DNA from: a phage
Sequence record: PZ386952.1
DNA: 61,166 nt
Strand: one strand, 5' to 3'
The notes under the pieces are model-generated. The model had not been told where the DNA came from and made no database searches. It was given only the letters and a program-made list of their open reading frames with translations. Positions 9,524 through 18,381 of this stretch are shown here, piece by piece. Both the position numbers and the translations under genes were made by a program. Every line of letters starts with the position of its first letter. Position 1 is the stretch's first letter.

Positions 9524-9921
9524 AAGCGCGCAGACAGTTAATTGATAAGAAGATCCTCCAATGGGAACTAAATAGTAAAGTCCCCGGCGGGGGATCTTCT
9601 TTATTATCGCAACTGCAAAAGGTTGAAGAACAGTCTGGTAAGACGCCACCTAAGCTTAAAGAATATCGGGAAAAGGAAATACCGCTCTGCTTTGAATACC
9701 TGTCTACTTTATTTGATGATATTTACACTGGAGGAGATTTTAGTTATACAGAATTGCACAGCTATCAAGTGACAATGGGCTTACATCTTCAACCGTACGA
9801 ATGCGAAATACTGCGGCAGCTATGGCTTGAAAAGCGCGTGTCAGAAGCTGAGCAAAATGCTAAACTCATGGAAAGTCAAATGCAAAATCAAAATAAAGGT
9901 AGAAGAAAAAGGAGAAGATAA
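9514..9921 (+). CDS. tail assembly chaperone frameshift extension (G-T-like fusion, 9116..9520 joined to 9520..9921)
   Basis: -1 frame is open for 135 codons from the slippery site to a TAA overlapping the tape measure ATG (TAATG); no ATG start of its own, so absent from the ORF track. Confidence 0.6.
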   Translation, partial: FFLKARRQLIDKKILQWELNSKVPGGGSSLLSQLQKVEEQSGKTPPKLKEYREKEIPLCFEYLSTLFDDIYTGGDFSYTELHSYQVTMGLHLQPYECEILRQLWLEKRVSEAEQNAKLMESQMQNQNKGRRKRRR

Positions 9922-12900
9922 TGGCCGAAACCGCTTCGCTAGTAATCAGAGTTGACGCGAGAGGGATTAGTACCGCGGACTCTATGTTGCGGAACCTAGC
10001 GCGTACAGGTGACACAGCGGAGCGGTCTGCTCAACGTGTTACCTCCAGCTATAAAACATTGTCTAACACATCTAACGAACTTGCAACTGTCACAAGTCGT
10101 TTAGATGCTGCAATTTTAGGAATGGTTAGCGTTGACACTATTAGCCGTGTTATTTCGCTATCGGACTCCTGGACTATCCTCACCAACAAACTTGAACTAG
10201 CTCGTACTGGTAATGAAACCGTTGCGGATGCGCAGCAACGCGTGTTTGATATTGCCCAGCGGTCACGTACAAGCTTGGAAGCAACTGCAACTCTGTATTC
10301 CCGTCTCCAGCGTGCGATGAAGAATACTGGTATGACTGGTATGGAGCTTGGACGTATCACGGAAACAATCAACAAAGCAATGATCGTTTCTGGTGCAACG
10401 TCCCATGAAGCAAGTGCTGCTCTTATTCAGTTTTCGCAAGCAATGGCATCCGGTGTTCTGCGTGGAGATGAATTCCGCTCTGTTGCAGAACAAGCTCCGC
10501 GCTTAACTCAAATCATGTCCGATTCTTTAGGTGTTACCATTGGACAATTGCGCGAACTGGCTTACAGCGGCAAGTTAACCTCAGATGTGGTTATCAAATC
10601 GTTGTCTGGTGCTGCGGATACAATTGATAAAGAATTTAGCCGCACTATGCCAACGTTCAACCAGCAATGGACAGTTGCAACAAACAACCTGACTAAGTTT
10701 ATGGGCGAATCCCAAAAGACTCAAGGTGCTGTTGCGGCATTGGGACAGACGTTTGTTGCATTATCCGAAAACTTAGGAACGGTTGTAACGGTTGGTTCAG
10801 CTTTAGCCACAGTGATTACCGCCCGTATCATTACGGCAATGCTTGCTAAGACTAAAGCGTCTATAGCTGCTGCAAAAGCATCTCAGATGGAAGCTGCACA
10901 AACTGCGGCAACTACGGCGGTGATGCAAAGCTCTATTGGCGTTACCGCACAGAAAGCGGCTGCGGATCGTGCCGCTTCGCTTGCAGCGTTACAGGTTGCT
11001 CGCGGGTCATTAGCGGTTGCTAAGGGTACGGCAGCGGAAGCAGGTGCTCGTCTTGCGCTTATTAATGCTACCCGTGCACATTCTGCGGCAATTATGGCGG
11101 ACGTACAAGCGCGGCAGGCGCTCAATGCTGCTCTTAATGCAACTGTACCAGCCGCAAGCCGAGCAGCTACAGCAATGAGCGTGCTGCGCGGTGCTATGGG
11201 GTTAATTGGCGGTCCTGTTGGTGTAGCAATGCTGGCAGCGGGTGCAATTTACTCCTATAAAGCGTCGCTGGAAGCAGGTCGTGCGGAAAACAATCAGTTT
11301 GCGGATAGTGTTGATTCTGTACGCGAGAAACTGATGCAGATGACAGAAGCTCAGTTGGCAGCTAACGCAGTTAAAGCTCGCGCAATACTTCCGGAACTTG
11401 AAGAGCAAATGAAGCGCGAGCAAACCGCTCTTAAATCTGCAACGGAAACGCAGAAGTTCTATGAAGCACAATTGAAGCGTCGAGCTGCATCCGGTCGAGA
11501 TACTGCTAGTGCGGAAAAGAACTTACAAATTGCTACGGATAACGTCAAGCTAGCTGCTGAACGCGCGGAAGACGCACAACGTCGATATAACAATGTGCTT
11601 GAAATGACAAGCCCCGCTATAGAGAAAATAATCCCTCTAGCGCGTCAGCTTGCTGCGGATATGAAGGCTGTCCTTAACATTAAATCCGGTCCGTTAATTG
11701 ACGAAAAAGTATTGGATCGCTTTAAAGGTCAACTCGGAGACGTTAACCGTGAGATTGATGTTAACACGGTTAAAGGTGCTGGCAACGCGCGTCAAGCTGC
11801 AATCCTTAGAGGTCTGTATCAAACACTAGGTAAAGATGCAGACACCTACGGAAGTCTTATTCGCAAAGTAGCTATGGGTCAGGACGTTAGCTCAGAGGCA
11901 ACAAGCGAATCCGCTAAAGAGCTTGTTAAATATGCTCAAGATTTAGCCCAAGCTCTTGGCAAAAACTACGATCTTGAGGAAGCAGAGAAAAACCGAACCA
12001 AAGCTACAAAAGACGCTATTAAGGCGGATCAACAAAACGCTAAGGTTATTGACAATTTACGAAACAAGCTTAACGAAGTAACCACAGGAGTTAAGGAAAA
12101 CGCTAAAGCGAAAGCGCAAGCGGTGGCACTTAATAAGCTCAATGCGTCTGCAACGGCTGAGGAAAAAGCGGAAGTTGTTAGACTTGCTGCTGCAATCTAC
12201 GATGCAGAAGAAGCTCAAAAGAAACTGGACGAGCGTAAGAAGAATCGTAAGTTTGCTCAGGGTTTGTTAGATGAAGGTATGACAGACTATGAAAAAATCG
12301 CGTACGAGCAAAATACAAAGATTGCAGAGCTTAATGCAAAACAGCGAGCGGATGATTTAGCTTACTATCAGCTTTACGAAGATGCTAAAACACAAGTCCT
12401 GAAGAAAGCAAGTATGGAAAGGGAAAACCTGGATAAAGTTCTTATGAACCGAATGATATCCTTTTCTCAGGAATCATTGGGTGTTATATTGTCAGGTCTG
12501 GAAGAAGGTGTTAGTAAACAGAACTTTATTTATAAAGCAATGTTTGCAGCACAGAAAGCAATGCAAATTCCATCAATTCTTGCTAACACGGAAACAGCGG
12601 CATCTGCGGCACTTGCATGGGGTACACAGCAAGGCGGGGCTACAATGGGCGCAGCTATGGCTGGTATAGTAAAAGCTATGGGTTATGCGTCGGCTGCTAC
12701 TGTGGGTGGCTTAGCAATCGCTGGTATGGCACATGACGGTATTGATAATGTTCCGCGCGAAGGTACATGGTTATTGGATAAAGGTGAACGTGTACTTAAT
12801 GCTCCGTCTAATGACAAGTTAAACCGCTTCCTGGATAGCCAAGCTTCACAACAAGGTGGCGTGAATATGTCCGGTGGTGTTAGCATTGTTCAGTATATCA

Positions 12901-13037
12901 CGGTGCAAGGAAATGGCGATGCTGCACTCACGCAAGCCATGCAGCAAGCAGCTCGTGATGGTGCGGAGCAGGGATATAATAAAGTTCTTACTGACTTTGC
13001 ATCCCGAGGAACAATTCGTAGAACTGCAATGGGGTAA
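9921..13037 (+). CDS. tape measure protein
   Basis: 1038-aa Ala/Gln/Lys-rich helical ORF directly after chaperone frameshift region. Confidence 0.85.
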   Translation: MAETASLVIRVDARGISTADSMLRNLARTGDTAERSAQRVTSSYKTLSNTSNELATVTSRLDAAILGMVSVDTISRVISLSDSWTILTNKLELARTGNETVADAQQRVFDIAQRSRTSLEATATLYSRLQRAMKNTGMTGMELGRITETINKAMIVSGATSHEASAALIQFSQAMASGVLRGDEFRSVAEQAPRLTQIMSDSLGVTIGQLRELAYSGKLTSDVVIKSLSGAADTIDKEFSRTMPTFNQQWTVATNNLTKFMGESQKTQGAVAALGQTFVALSENLGTVVTVGSALATVITARIITAMLAKTKASIAAAKASQMEAAQTAATTAVMQSSIGVTAQKAAADRAASLAALQVARGSLAVAKGTAAEAGARLALINATRAHSAAIMADVQARQALNAALNATVPAASRAATAMSVLRGAMGLIGGPVGVAMLAAGAIYSYKASLEAGRAENNQFADSVDSVREKLMQMTEAQLAANAVKARAILPELEEQMKREQTALKSATETQKFYEAQLKRRAASGRDTASAEKNLQIATDNVKLAAERAEDAQRRYNNVLEMTSPAIEKIIPLARQLAADMKAVLNIKSGPLIDEKVLDRFKGQLGDVNREIDVNTVKGAGNARQAAILRGLYQTLGKDADTYGSLIRKVAMGQDVSSEATSESAKELVKYAQDLAQALGKNYDLEEAEKNRTKATKDAIKADQQNAKVIDNLRNKLNEVTTGVKENAKAKAQAVALNKLNASATAEEKAEVVRLAAAIYDAEEAQKKLDERKKNRKFAQGLLDEGMTDYEKIAYEQNTKIAELNAKQRADDLAYYQLYEDAKTQVLKKASMERENLDKVLMNRMISFSQESLGVILSGLEEGVSKQNFIYKAMFAAQKAMQIPSILANTETAASAALAWGTQQGGATMGAAMAGIVKAMGYASAATVGGLAIAGMAHDGIDNVPREGTWLLDKGERVLNAPSNDKLNRFLDSQASQQGGVNMSGGVSIVQYITVQGNGDAALTQAMQQAARDGAEQGYNKVLTDFASRGTIRRTAMG

Positions 13038-13040
13038 TAT

Positions 13041-13625
13041 ATGCTCATTTGGCCCGAAGAGCTTAGACCATCTGAAATGGAATGGTATCTAGTTTCAAAC
13101 GCTGTAGAATTTACAAGCCCCTTCAATGGGGCTTCCCAAACTGTGTCCTATCCTGGATCGCGATGGGAAGCTACGCTAACCTTTAGCAATTTAAATGACT
13201 GGCAATCCAGAAAGCTTGAATCGACGTTAGCTAAACTTGATGGTAAAGCTGGTCGAATCATGCTTCAGGATTTTGGTCGATGGGGGCGTGCGCCAATCGG
13301 AGTACCTGTGGTTAATGGTGCAAACAATACAGGGACAACTTTATCTACCAAAGGATGGAGCCCGAACCGCAAGGTTTTATGGGAAGGGGATTATATTGCT
13401 GTAAACAATGAATTGAAATTAATAACGGAAGATGCTTGGAGCGATGATTCCGGTAACGTAATTTTAAACATTGCACCTATGCTGAGGAGTATCCCTCCAA
13501 ATGGCGCGAAGATTGAAACTCAGAAGCCACAAGGAGCTTTCCGGTTAGCAGAAAACACTAACGGAGTTAAGCGTCAACCTGCTTTTAATAACTCCTTTAC
13601 TTTAAAATTTTCGGAGGCATTCTAA
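13041..13625 (+). CDS. minor tail protein (lambda gpM position)
   Basis: 194-aa ORF immediately after tape measure; synteny. Confidence 0.4.
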   Translation: MLIWPEELRPSEMEWYLVSNAVEFTSPFNGASQTVSYPGSRWEATLTFSNLNDWQSRKLESTLAKLDGKAGRIMLQDFGRWGRAPIGVPVVNGANNTGTTLSTKGWSPNRKVLWEGDYIAVNNELKLITEDAWSDDSGNVILNIAPMLRSIPPNGAKIETQKPQGAFRLAENTNGVKRQPAFNNSFTLKFSEAF

Positions 13626-14209
13626 TGCTATTCAGCCCATTCAGTGACGACCTTCTTAGCGCAATGGAACAACCGAACGTTGCATTGGTGCTGGCTGCGG
13701 AAATAGATTTCCCTTCCGGTGTAACAAGGGTTCACACAGGGACAGGAACTGTTATTATTAACGGTCAGACGTTTCTTGGAGTAGGTAATCTTGGGGATGT
13801 TGGTTCAGTTACTGAAGAAAACAGCACAAGCTCAAGTACGATGTCTATGGCACTTAGCGGTCTAGATATGAGTCTTGTAGGTGAAACTTTAAACGAAGAA
13901 GTTATCGGATGTAATGTTGTGTGCTATCTTGCAGTAATGAACGATCAAGGTGTTGTTACTGGCGCGAACGTATTATTCGAAGGGTTTATTACAGATACAT
14001 CCTTACAAGCAGGTCAACAAAACGCTTTGAGTTATGTTATTGCCAACGTGTTTGAGCGTTGGTCACAAGGTTTACCGGATCGCTATACGGATGAAAGCCA
14101 GCAGCGTTTATATCCAGGCGATCGCTTTTTTAGATATGTTGCACAAATGGCTGAACGTTCAATCTTTTGGGGGAGTAAAAAAGATGCGCCAGGATTCACA
14201 TATGAGTAA
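13625..14209 (+). CDS. minor tail protein (lambda gpL-like)
   Basis: 194-aa ORF; synteny with lambda-type tail tip module. Confidence 0.5.
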   Translation: MLFSPFSDDLLSAMEQPNVALVLAAEIDFPSGVTRVHTGTGTVIINGQTFLGVGNLGDVGSVTEENSTSSSTMSMALSGLDMSLVGETLNEEVIGCNVVCYLAVMNDQGVVTGANVLFEGFITDTSLQAGQQNALSYVIANVFERWSQGLPDRYTDESQQRLYPGDRFFRYVAQMAERSIFWGSKKDAPGFTYE

Positions 14210-14618
14210 ATTGCCAGGCTGGCAAACACGTTTATTAACCACAGTAAAGGAGTTGTCATCGACTCCTTTTTCTTGGGGCGAAAACGATTGCTGTACATTT
14301 GCTGCTAAATGTGTTGATGCGCAGTATGGTACTAATATCTATGAACAAATAGCAGGCAGATATAGCACTGAACTTGGAAGCAAACGGTTTTCAATTGAAA
14401 AGGTTGGAACAGCTTACCTTCCAACATTGCTGGATGCTTACCTGAGCAAGCGGGTTGATAAAAACTTTGCGCAACGCGGCGATGTGGTTACATTTGAGGG
14501 AGCATTGGGCGTAACTGCTGGCATATTATGGACTGGATATGTATGGGCTATGGGTCCGAACGGTGTGGAAACTTTCCCGCTTAATAAGATCGAAATTACG
14601 GATATTTGGAGGGTCTAA
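14184..14618 (+). CDS. tail assembly protein, gpK-like with NlpC/P60-type Cys motif
   Basis: ORF-track start at 14034 has no RBS; ATG at 14184 has GGGGGAG RBS (alternative ATG at 14202); NDCCTF cysteine motif; synteny. Confidence 0.45.
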   Translation: MRQDSHMSKLPGWQTRLLTTVKELSSTPFSWGENDCCTFAAKCVDAQYGTNIYEQIAGRYSTELGSKRFSIEKVGTAYLPTLLDAYLSKRVDKNFAQRGDVVTFEGALGVTAGILWTGYVWAMGPNGVETFPLNKIEITDIWRV

Positions 14619-17269
14619 TGCCACCAGCAATAATTGGAGCAGCAATAGCTTTAGGCGCTTCCGCTGCCGCTGCGGCGGGGTGGATTGCTACGGGTGTAGC
14701 TTTAGCTATTGGTATGGCTGCAACCGCGGCAGGTGCTCTTCTAACTAAGACACCTAATACAAACTTTAATGCTTATAAAGGTCAACAAGAACGTAAGCAA
14801 GTTTTACGAGCAGCCGCAGCCCCGCGTACCGTAGTCTATGGGACAACCGTTGCTTCCGGCGTTATGGTGTTTGCGGAAGAGCAACCGGGCGATCAAGAAG
14901 AAGACGAATTGCTGCACATGGCTTTAGTTATAGCAGGACACCCTCTTGATGGTATTGGGGATATATGGCTTGGGGATGACCTTGTTCAAACGTTTGAGGA
15001 TTATGTTACTTGGGAGTTTCATAATGACCGTCAAACTGTAGATCCTTTCATGAAAAAGAATTGTCCTTCCTGGAAGGAGGATATGATTGGTAAAGGGATT
15101 GCATGGCTTCGCATTAGTTTTAAATTTAATGCGGAGAAATTCCCGTCAGGCTTACCAAACGTCAAAATGCTGAAACGTGGTCGCCGTATATACGATCCAC
15201 GTTCCGGACAAACTGTATTCAGCGATAACGCTGCATTAGTTATACTCGATTATTTCCGTACTTACCTAAAACGTAAAGACGAGAATATTAACTGGGATCA
15301 GTTTAAAGAAGCGGCTAACATCTGCGATGAATACGTTCCTAACGCTGATGGTTCTACTGAACAGCGTTATAGAATTAATGGTGAGTTTGAAGTAGATGAA
15401 GCCCCTTCTAAGATCCTGGATGCTATGCTACAAGCTTGCGGTGGCGAACTGACATATGTAGCAGGTAAACATGGCTTGCTTGTTGGTGCATATTACGGCC
15501 CAGCTACAATGACGCTTGATGAAAGCTGCATTGCTGGAGATATTAAAATTGTTCCGGAGACTTCTTACAAGGAGCGCACCAACACCATTACAGGGACATT
15601 TATCGACCCGAAGCAGAACTATGTTGAAGCTGACTTCCCTCCAGTTGTGGTTAAGGAATGGGTGGAAAAGGATGGCGGCGAAATAACTCAGGACATGGAT
15701 TTCCGTTTTGTTGCTAGCGAGTATCAAGCTCAACGTCTAGCTAATATTGTTTTACGTCGTAAACGTGTCGGACGTACAATTGAAATCCCTTGTAACATGA
15801 GGGGTTATAAGTTCCGCCCCGGAATGTATGTAAAAGTTACTATTACGCAAATCGGTATGAAGAATGTCGAAATGCGTGTCACCAAATGGTCGTTTAACCC
15901 TAAAGGCGGAGTTAACCTAACATTACGCCAGGACTTCCTGGAAATGTGGGACGATGTTATTGGTAAACCTATGGAGCGTCCGGACCTTGTAGACCTACCT
16001 ACTGGTGGCGTTGCTCAACCTCAAAACCTTCAGTATCAAATACTACAGATCAGCGATGTTGTACAGGGGGTTTTATCCTGGACCAATATGGGACAGGTTG
16101 CGTATAACCGCGTAGCCGTGCGACAGGGGGGTACAACCATTTGGACCGCACAAGTCCCAGGCCAAAGTGTTCGCGTTACTGGGTTGCTGCGGGGCGCGTA
16201 TACAGCACACGTTCAAGCTGTATCCTATAGCGGCGCGGTGTCACCGGAAGCTTATCTGGAATTTAATATTCAAGCGCCACCTCCGCCAACGTCTGTTGAA
16301 GTGCAACAGGGTTACTTTGCAATAACCTTAATTCCTAAGTCTTCAGATATTGCAAACGTTAGTACACAATATGACTTCTGGACTTCTGGTGAAACAAGAC
16401 TTTCTTCTGCTTCTACAGATGTCGTAGAGCGCGATGCAACTCGTAAAGGTATGGGTACAACCTGGACTTCGGAAGGTTTGAAGAATGACCACACTTATTA
16501 CTGGTATGTACGGACAATTAACGCGTTCGGATCGTCTGCATTCGTAGAAGTTGCTGCAACATGCTTCACAACTGCTACAGAGCTAATGCCACAGATTGAT
16601 GCAGAACTCAAAAAGACTGAAACGTTTAAAGAGCTTACTGCTGAAATTACTGGTGTTAAAGATGGTGTTACTCAGCTTAGTCAAACTGTAGTAGAAACCG
16701 AACAACGTTTAAGTCAAAGTATTAGCAGCGTTCAGGAAAGCTTAAATGATGTTAGCGCAACTGTACAGGAGACAAGTAAAGCAGTTGTTGATCTGGAAGG
16801 CAATGTTAACGCTCAATGGGGTGCTAAAGTACAGGTTGATAATAAGGGGCAAAAATACGTTGCTGGTATCCAGTTAGGTATGGAGGGCTCCGGTGGTGCT
16901 GTTCAATCTTACTTCATGGTGAGTGCAAACAACTTTGCTGTTTATAACCCGACAAACAGTGTAGCTGAATTAGCCTTTGTGGTTAAGAACGGTCAGGTGT
17001 TCATGAAAGCTGCATTTATCGAAAACGGATCTATTGATAACGCTAAGATTGGTAACTATATTCAGTCCAACAACTATGTAAGCGGTTCTTCTGGCTGGAG
17101 GATTACTAAGGACGGGGCCTCGGAGTTTAATAATGTTGTCGTCAGAGGTGAGATACATGCAGCGGTTGGTAAATTTGGATTCGACGGGAATGGAGGTATA
17201 ACCATCAATAGTAACGGAATTACCGTCCCATTATCGGGCGGAGGTAAAGTTGTAGTTGGTAGATGGTAA
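14618..17269 (+). CDS. tail tip / host specificity protein (gpI-C-terminus-like N-terminus fused to gpJ-like)
   Basis: ATG at 14618 with GGAGGG RBS (track start 14606 is in frame); Gly/Ala-rich hydrophobic N-terminus then large beta-rich body; 883 aa. Confidence 0.6.
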   Translation: MPPAIIGAAIALGASAAAAAGWIATGVALAIGMAATAAGALLTKTPNTNFNAYKGQQERKQVLRAAAAPRTVVYGTTVASGVMVFAEEQPGDQEEDELLHMALVIAGHPLDGIGDIWLGDDLVQTFEDYVTWEFHNDRQTVDPFMKKNCPSWKEDMIGKGIAWLRISFKFNAEKFPSGLPNVKMLKRGRRIYDPRSGQTVFSDNAALVILDYFRTYLKRKDENINWDQFKEAANICDEYVPNADGSTEQRYRINGEFEVDEAPSKILDAMLQACGGELTYVAGKHGLLVGAYYGPATMTLDESCIAGDIKIVPETSYKERTNTITGTFIDPKQNYVEADFPPVVVKEWVEKDGGEITQDMDFRFVASEYQAQRLANIVLRRKRVGRTIEIPCNMRGYKFRPGMYVKVTITQIGMKNVEMRVTKWSFNPKGGVNLTLRQDFLEMWDDVIGKPMERPDLVDLPTGGVAQPQNLQYQILQISDVVQGVLSWTNMGQVAYNRVAVRQGGTTIWTAQVPGQSVRVTGLLRGAYTAHVQAVSYSGAVSPEAYLEFNIQAPPPPTSVEVQQGYFAITLIPKSSDIANVSTQYDFWTSGETRLSSASTDVVERDATRKGMGTTWTSEGLKNDHTYYWYVRTINAFGSSAFVEVAATCFTTATELMPQIDAELKKTETFKELTAEITGVKDGVTQLSQTVVETEQRLSQSISSVQESLNDVSATVQETSKAVVDLEGNVNAQWGAKVQVDNKGQKYVAGIQLGMEGSGGAVQSYFMVSANNFAVYNPTNSVAELAFVVKNGQVFMKAAFIENGSIDNAKIGNYIQSNNYVSGSSGWRITKDGASEFNNVVVRGEIHAAVGKFGFDGNGGITINSNGITVPLSGGGKVVVGRW

Positions 17270-17272
17270 CAA

Positions 17273-17290
17273 AAGGGGCGAAAGCCCCTT
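17273..17290. terminator. bidirectional stem-loop between convergent genes
   Basis: AAGGGGC-GAAA-GCCCCTT perfect hairpin at junction of + strand tail tip gene and - strand ORF. Confidence 0.55.
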
Positions 17291-18270
17291 TAATACATAT
17301 TTGGTAATGCGATAATTGGTGTCGGGATAACAATATTTCTTTCAGGTGCTGTTAGGGAGCCTAAGCTGTAGTTCCCTATCCGCTGATTTCTTTCAGCGCG
17401 TACTTTATTGTTATACATATGAACACCATTATAACGCACATTGTGATAACCGCCTGTATTAATTGTCCTCATTCCGTAGAACCCAAGTTGAATTAATCTA
17501 TCGCCAATATCCTGATCACTTGGTGTCAAAGTTAAAGTTTTATCAAATAAGAAAGGTTTCTTTACTGTGGAGAACGTAACCTGACCAGCGTTATTTGTCA
17601 TTGTAATACCGTCGCCCGGAGTTGGTGGGGTATTATTAAATATCACCAGCTCCATTGTTACACTAGCCGAAACATCATCCGTCCCAGAATAGGAAGAGTT
17701 TCTGACAATTATATTATTACCGTCAAACCCAACGGATATTCCGTTAGCATTCCATCTTGCAAAAGGGATACCCGATACTGGAAGTTGCATACTTCCGTTA
17801 ACTGTAACAGTACCAGCATACTGACAAGTCATTAATTTTGCATTATTTGAAATAGCTGTGAAATCCGTAGAGTTTGACACATACAGACCCGTGTTATATG
17901 TAGAAGCAGGTAATACTTCCATAATAGATCCTGCCCATTGTGGGAGTTTTCCAGTATACCCAAAAGGATTACCACCCCTTAAAATAACACCAGAATTACC
18001 ATTCCTGGAGATGGAGGAGATGTAGAAAGGTGAAGGGACTACAAGCCCCTGATCGTATACTTCGATAATTTCAACAGGTTTAGTAGGAATTACAAAAACT
18101 TCAGAAGCTTGGGTAAGAGTTGTATTAATTGTTAAAGTTTGATCAGACTGACAACGCTGATTAAAGTTAGCACAAAAAGATAAAGCCCGTAGACCTGACG
18201 TTATTTGCATTGCAGGTCTACCGTCATTGTAGTTTATGTAAATACCTTCAGGCATCATAGCCTCCAACAA
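17290..18270 (-). CDS. hypothetical beta-rich protein, candidate receptor-binding / host-range protein
   Basis: 326-aa Ser/Thr/Asn/Gly-rich ORF on the opposite strand inside the tail module; no signal peptide or lipobox. Confidence 0.4.
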   Translation of the reverse strand: MLEAMMPEGIYINYNDGRPAMQITSGLRALSFCANFNQRCQSDQTLTINTTLTQASEVFVIPTKPVEIIEVYDQGLVVPSPFYISSISRNGNSGVILRGGNPFGYTGKLPQWAGSIMEVLPASTYNTGLYVSNSTDFTAISNNAKLMTCQYAGTVTVNGSMQLPVSGIPFARWNANGISVGFDGNNIIVRNSSYSGTDDVSASVTMELVIFNNTPPTPGDGITMTNNAGQVTFSTVKKPFLFDKTLTLTPSDQDIGDRLIQLGFYGMRTINTGGYHNVRYNGVHMYNNKVRAERNQRIGNYSLGSLTAPERNIVIPTPIIALPNMY

Positions 18271-18381
18271 TGTGGTTAAAGATGATAGACAATATTGTTT
18301 TATATTCTAATTTAATTTACCATATTTGTATGCCATGGTGCATCCATTAATTGATCAACTCTGCAAGACAAGAGGTAAAAA

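Noticed and set aside
9583-9600. CCCCGGCGGGG hairpin plus T-rich run as a terminator after the tail chaperone
   Set aside because: It lies inside the frameshift-extension coding frame upstream of the tape measure gene; more consistent with a frameshift-stimulating or pausing structure.
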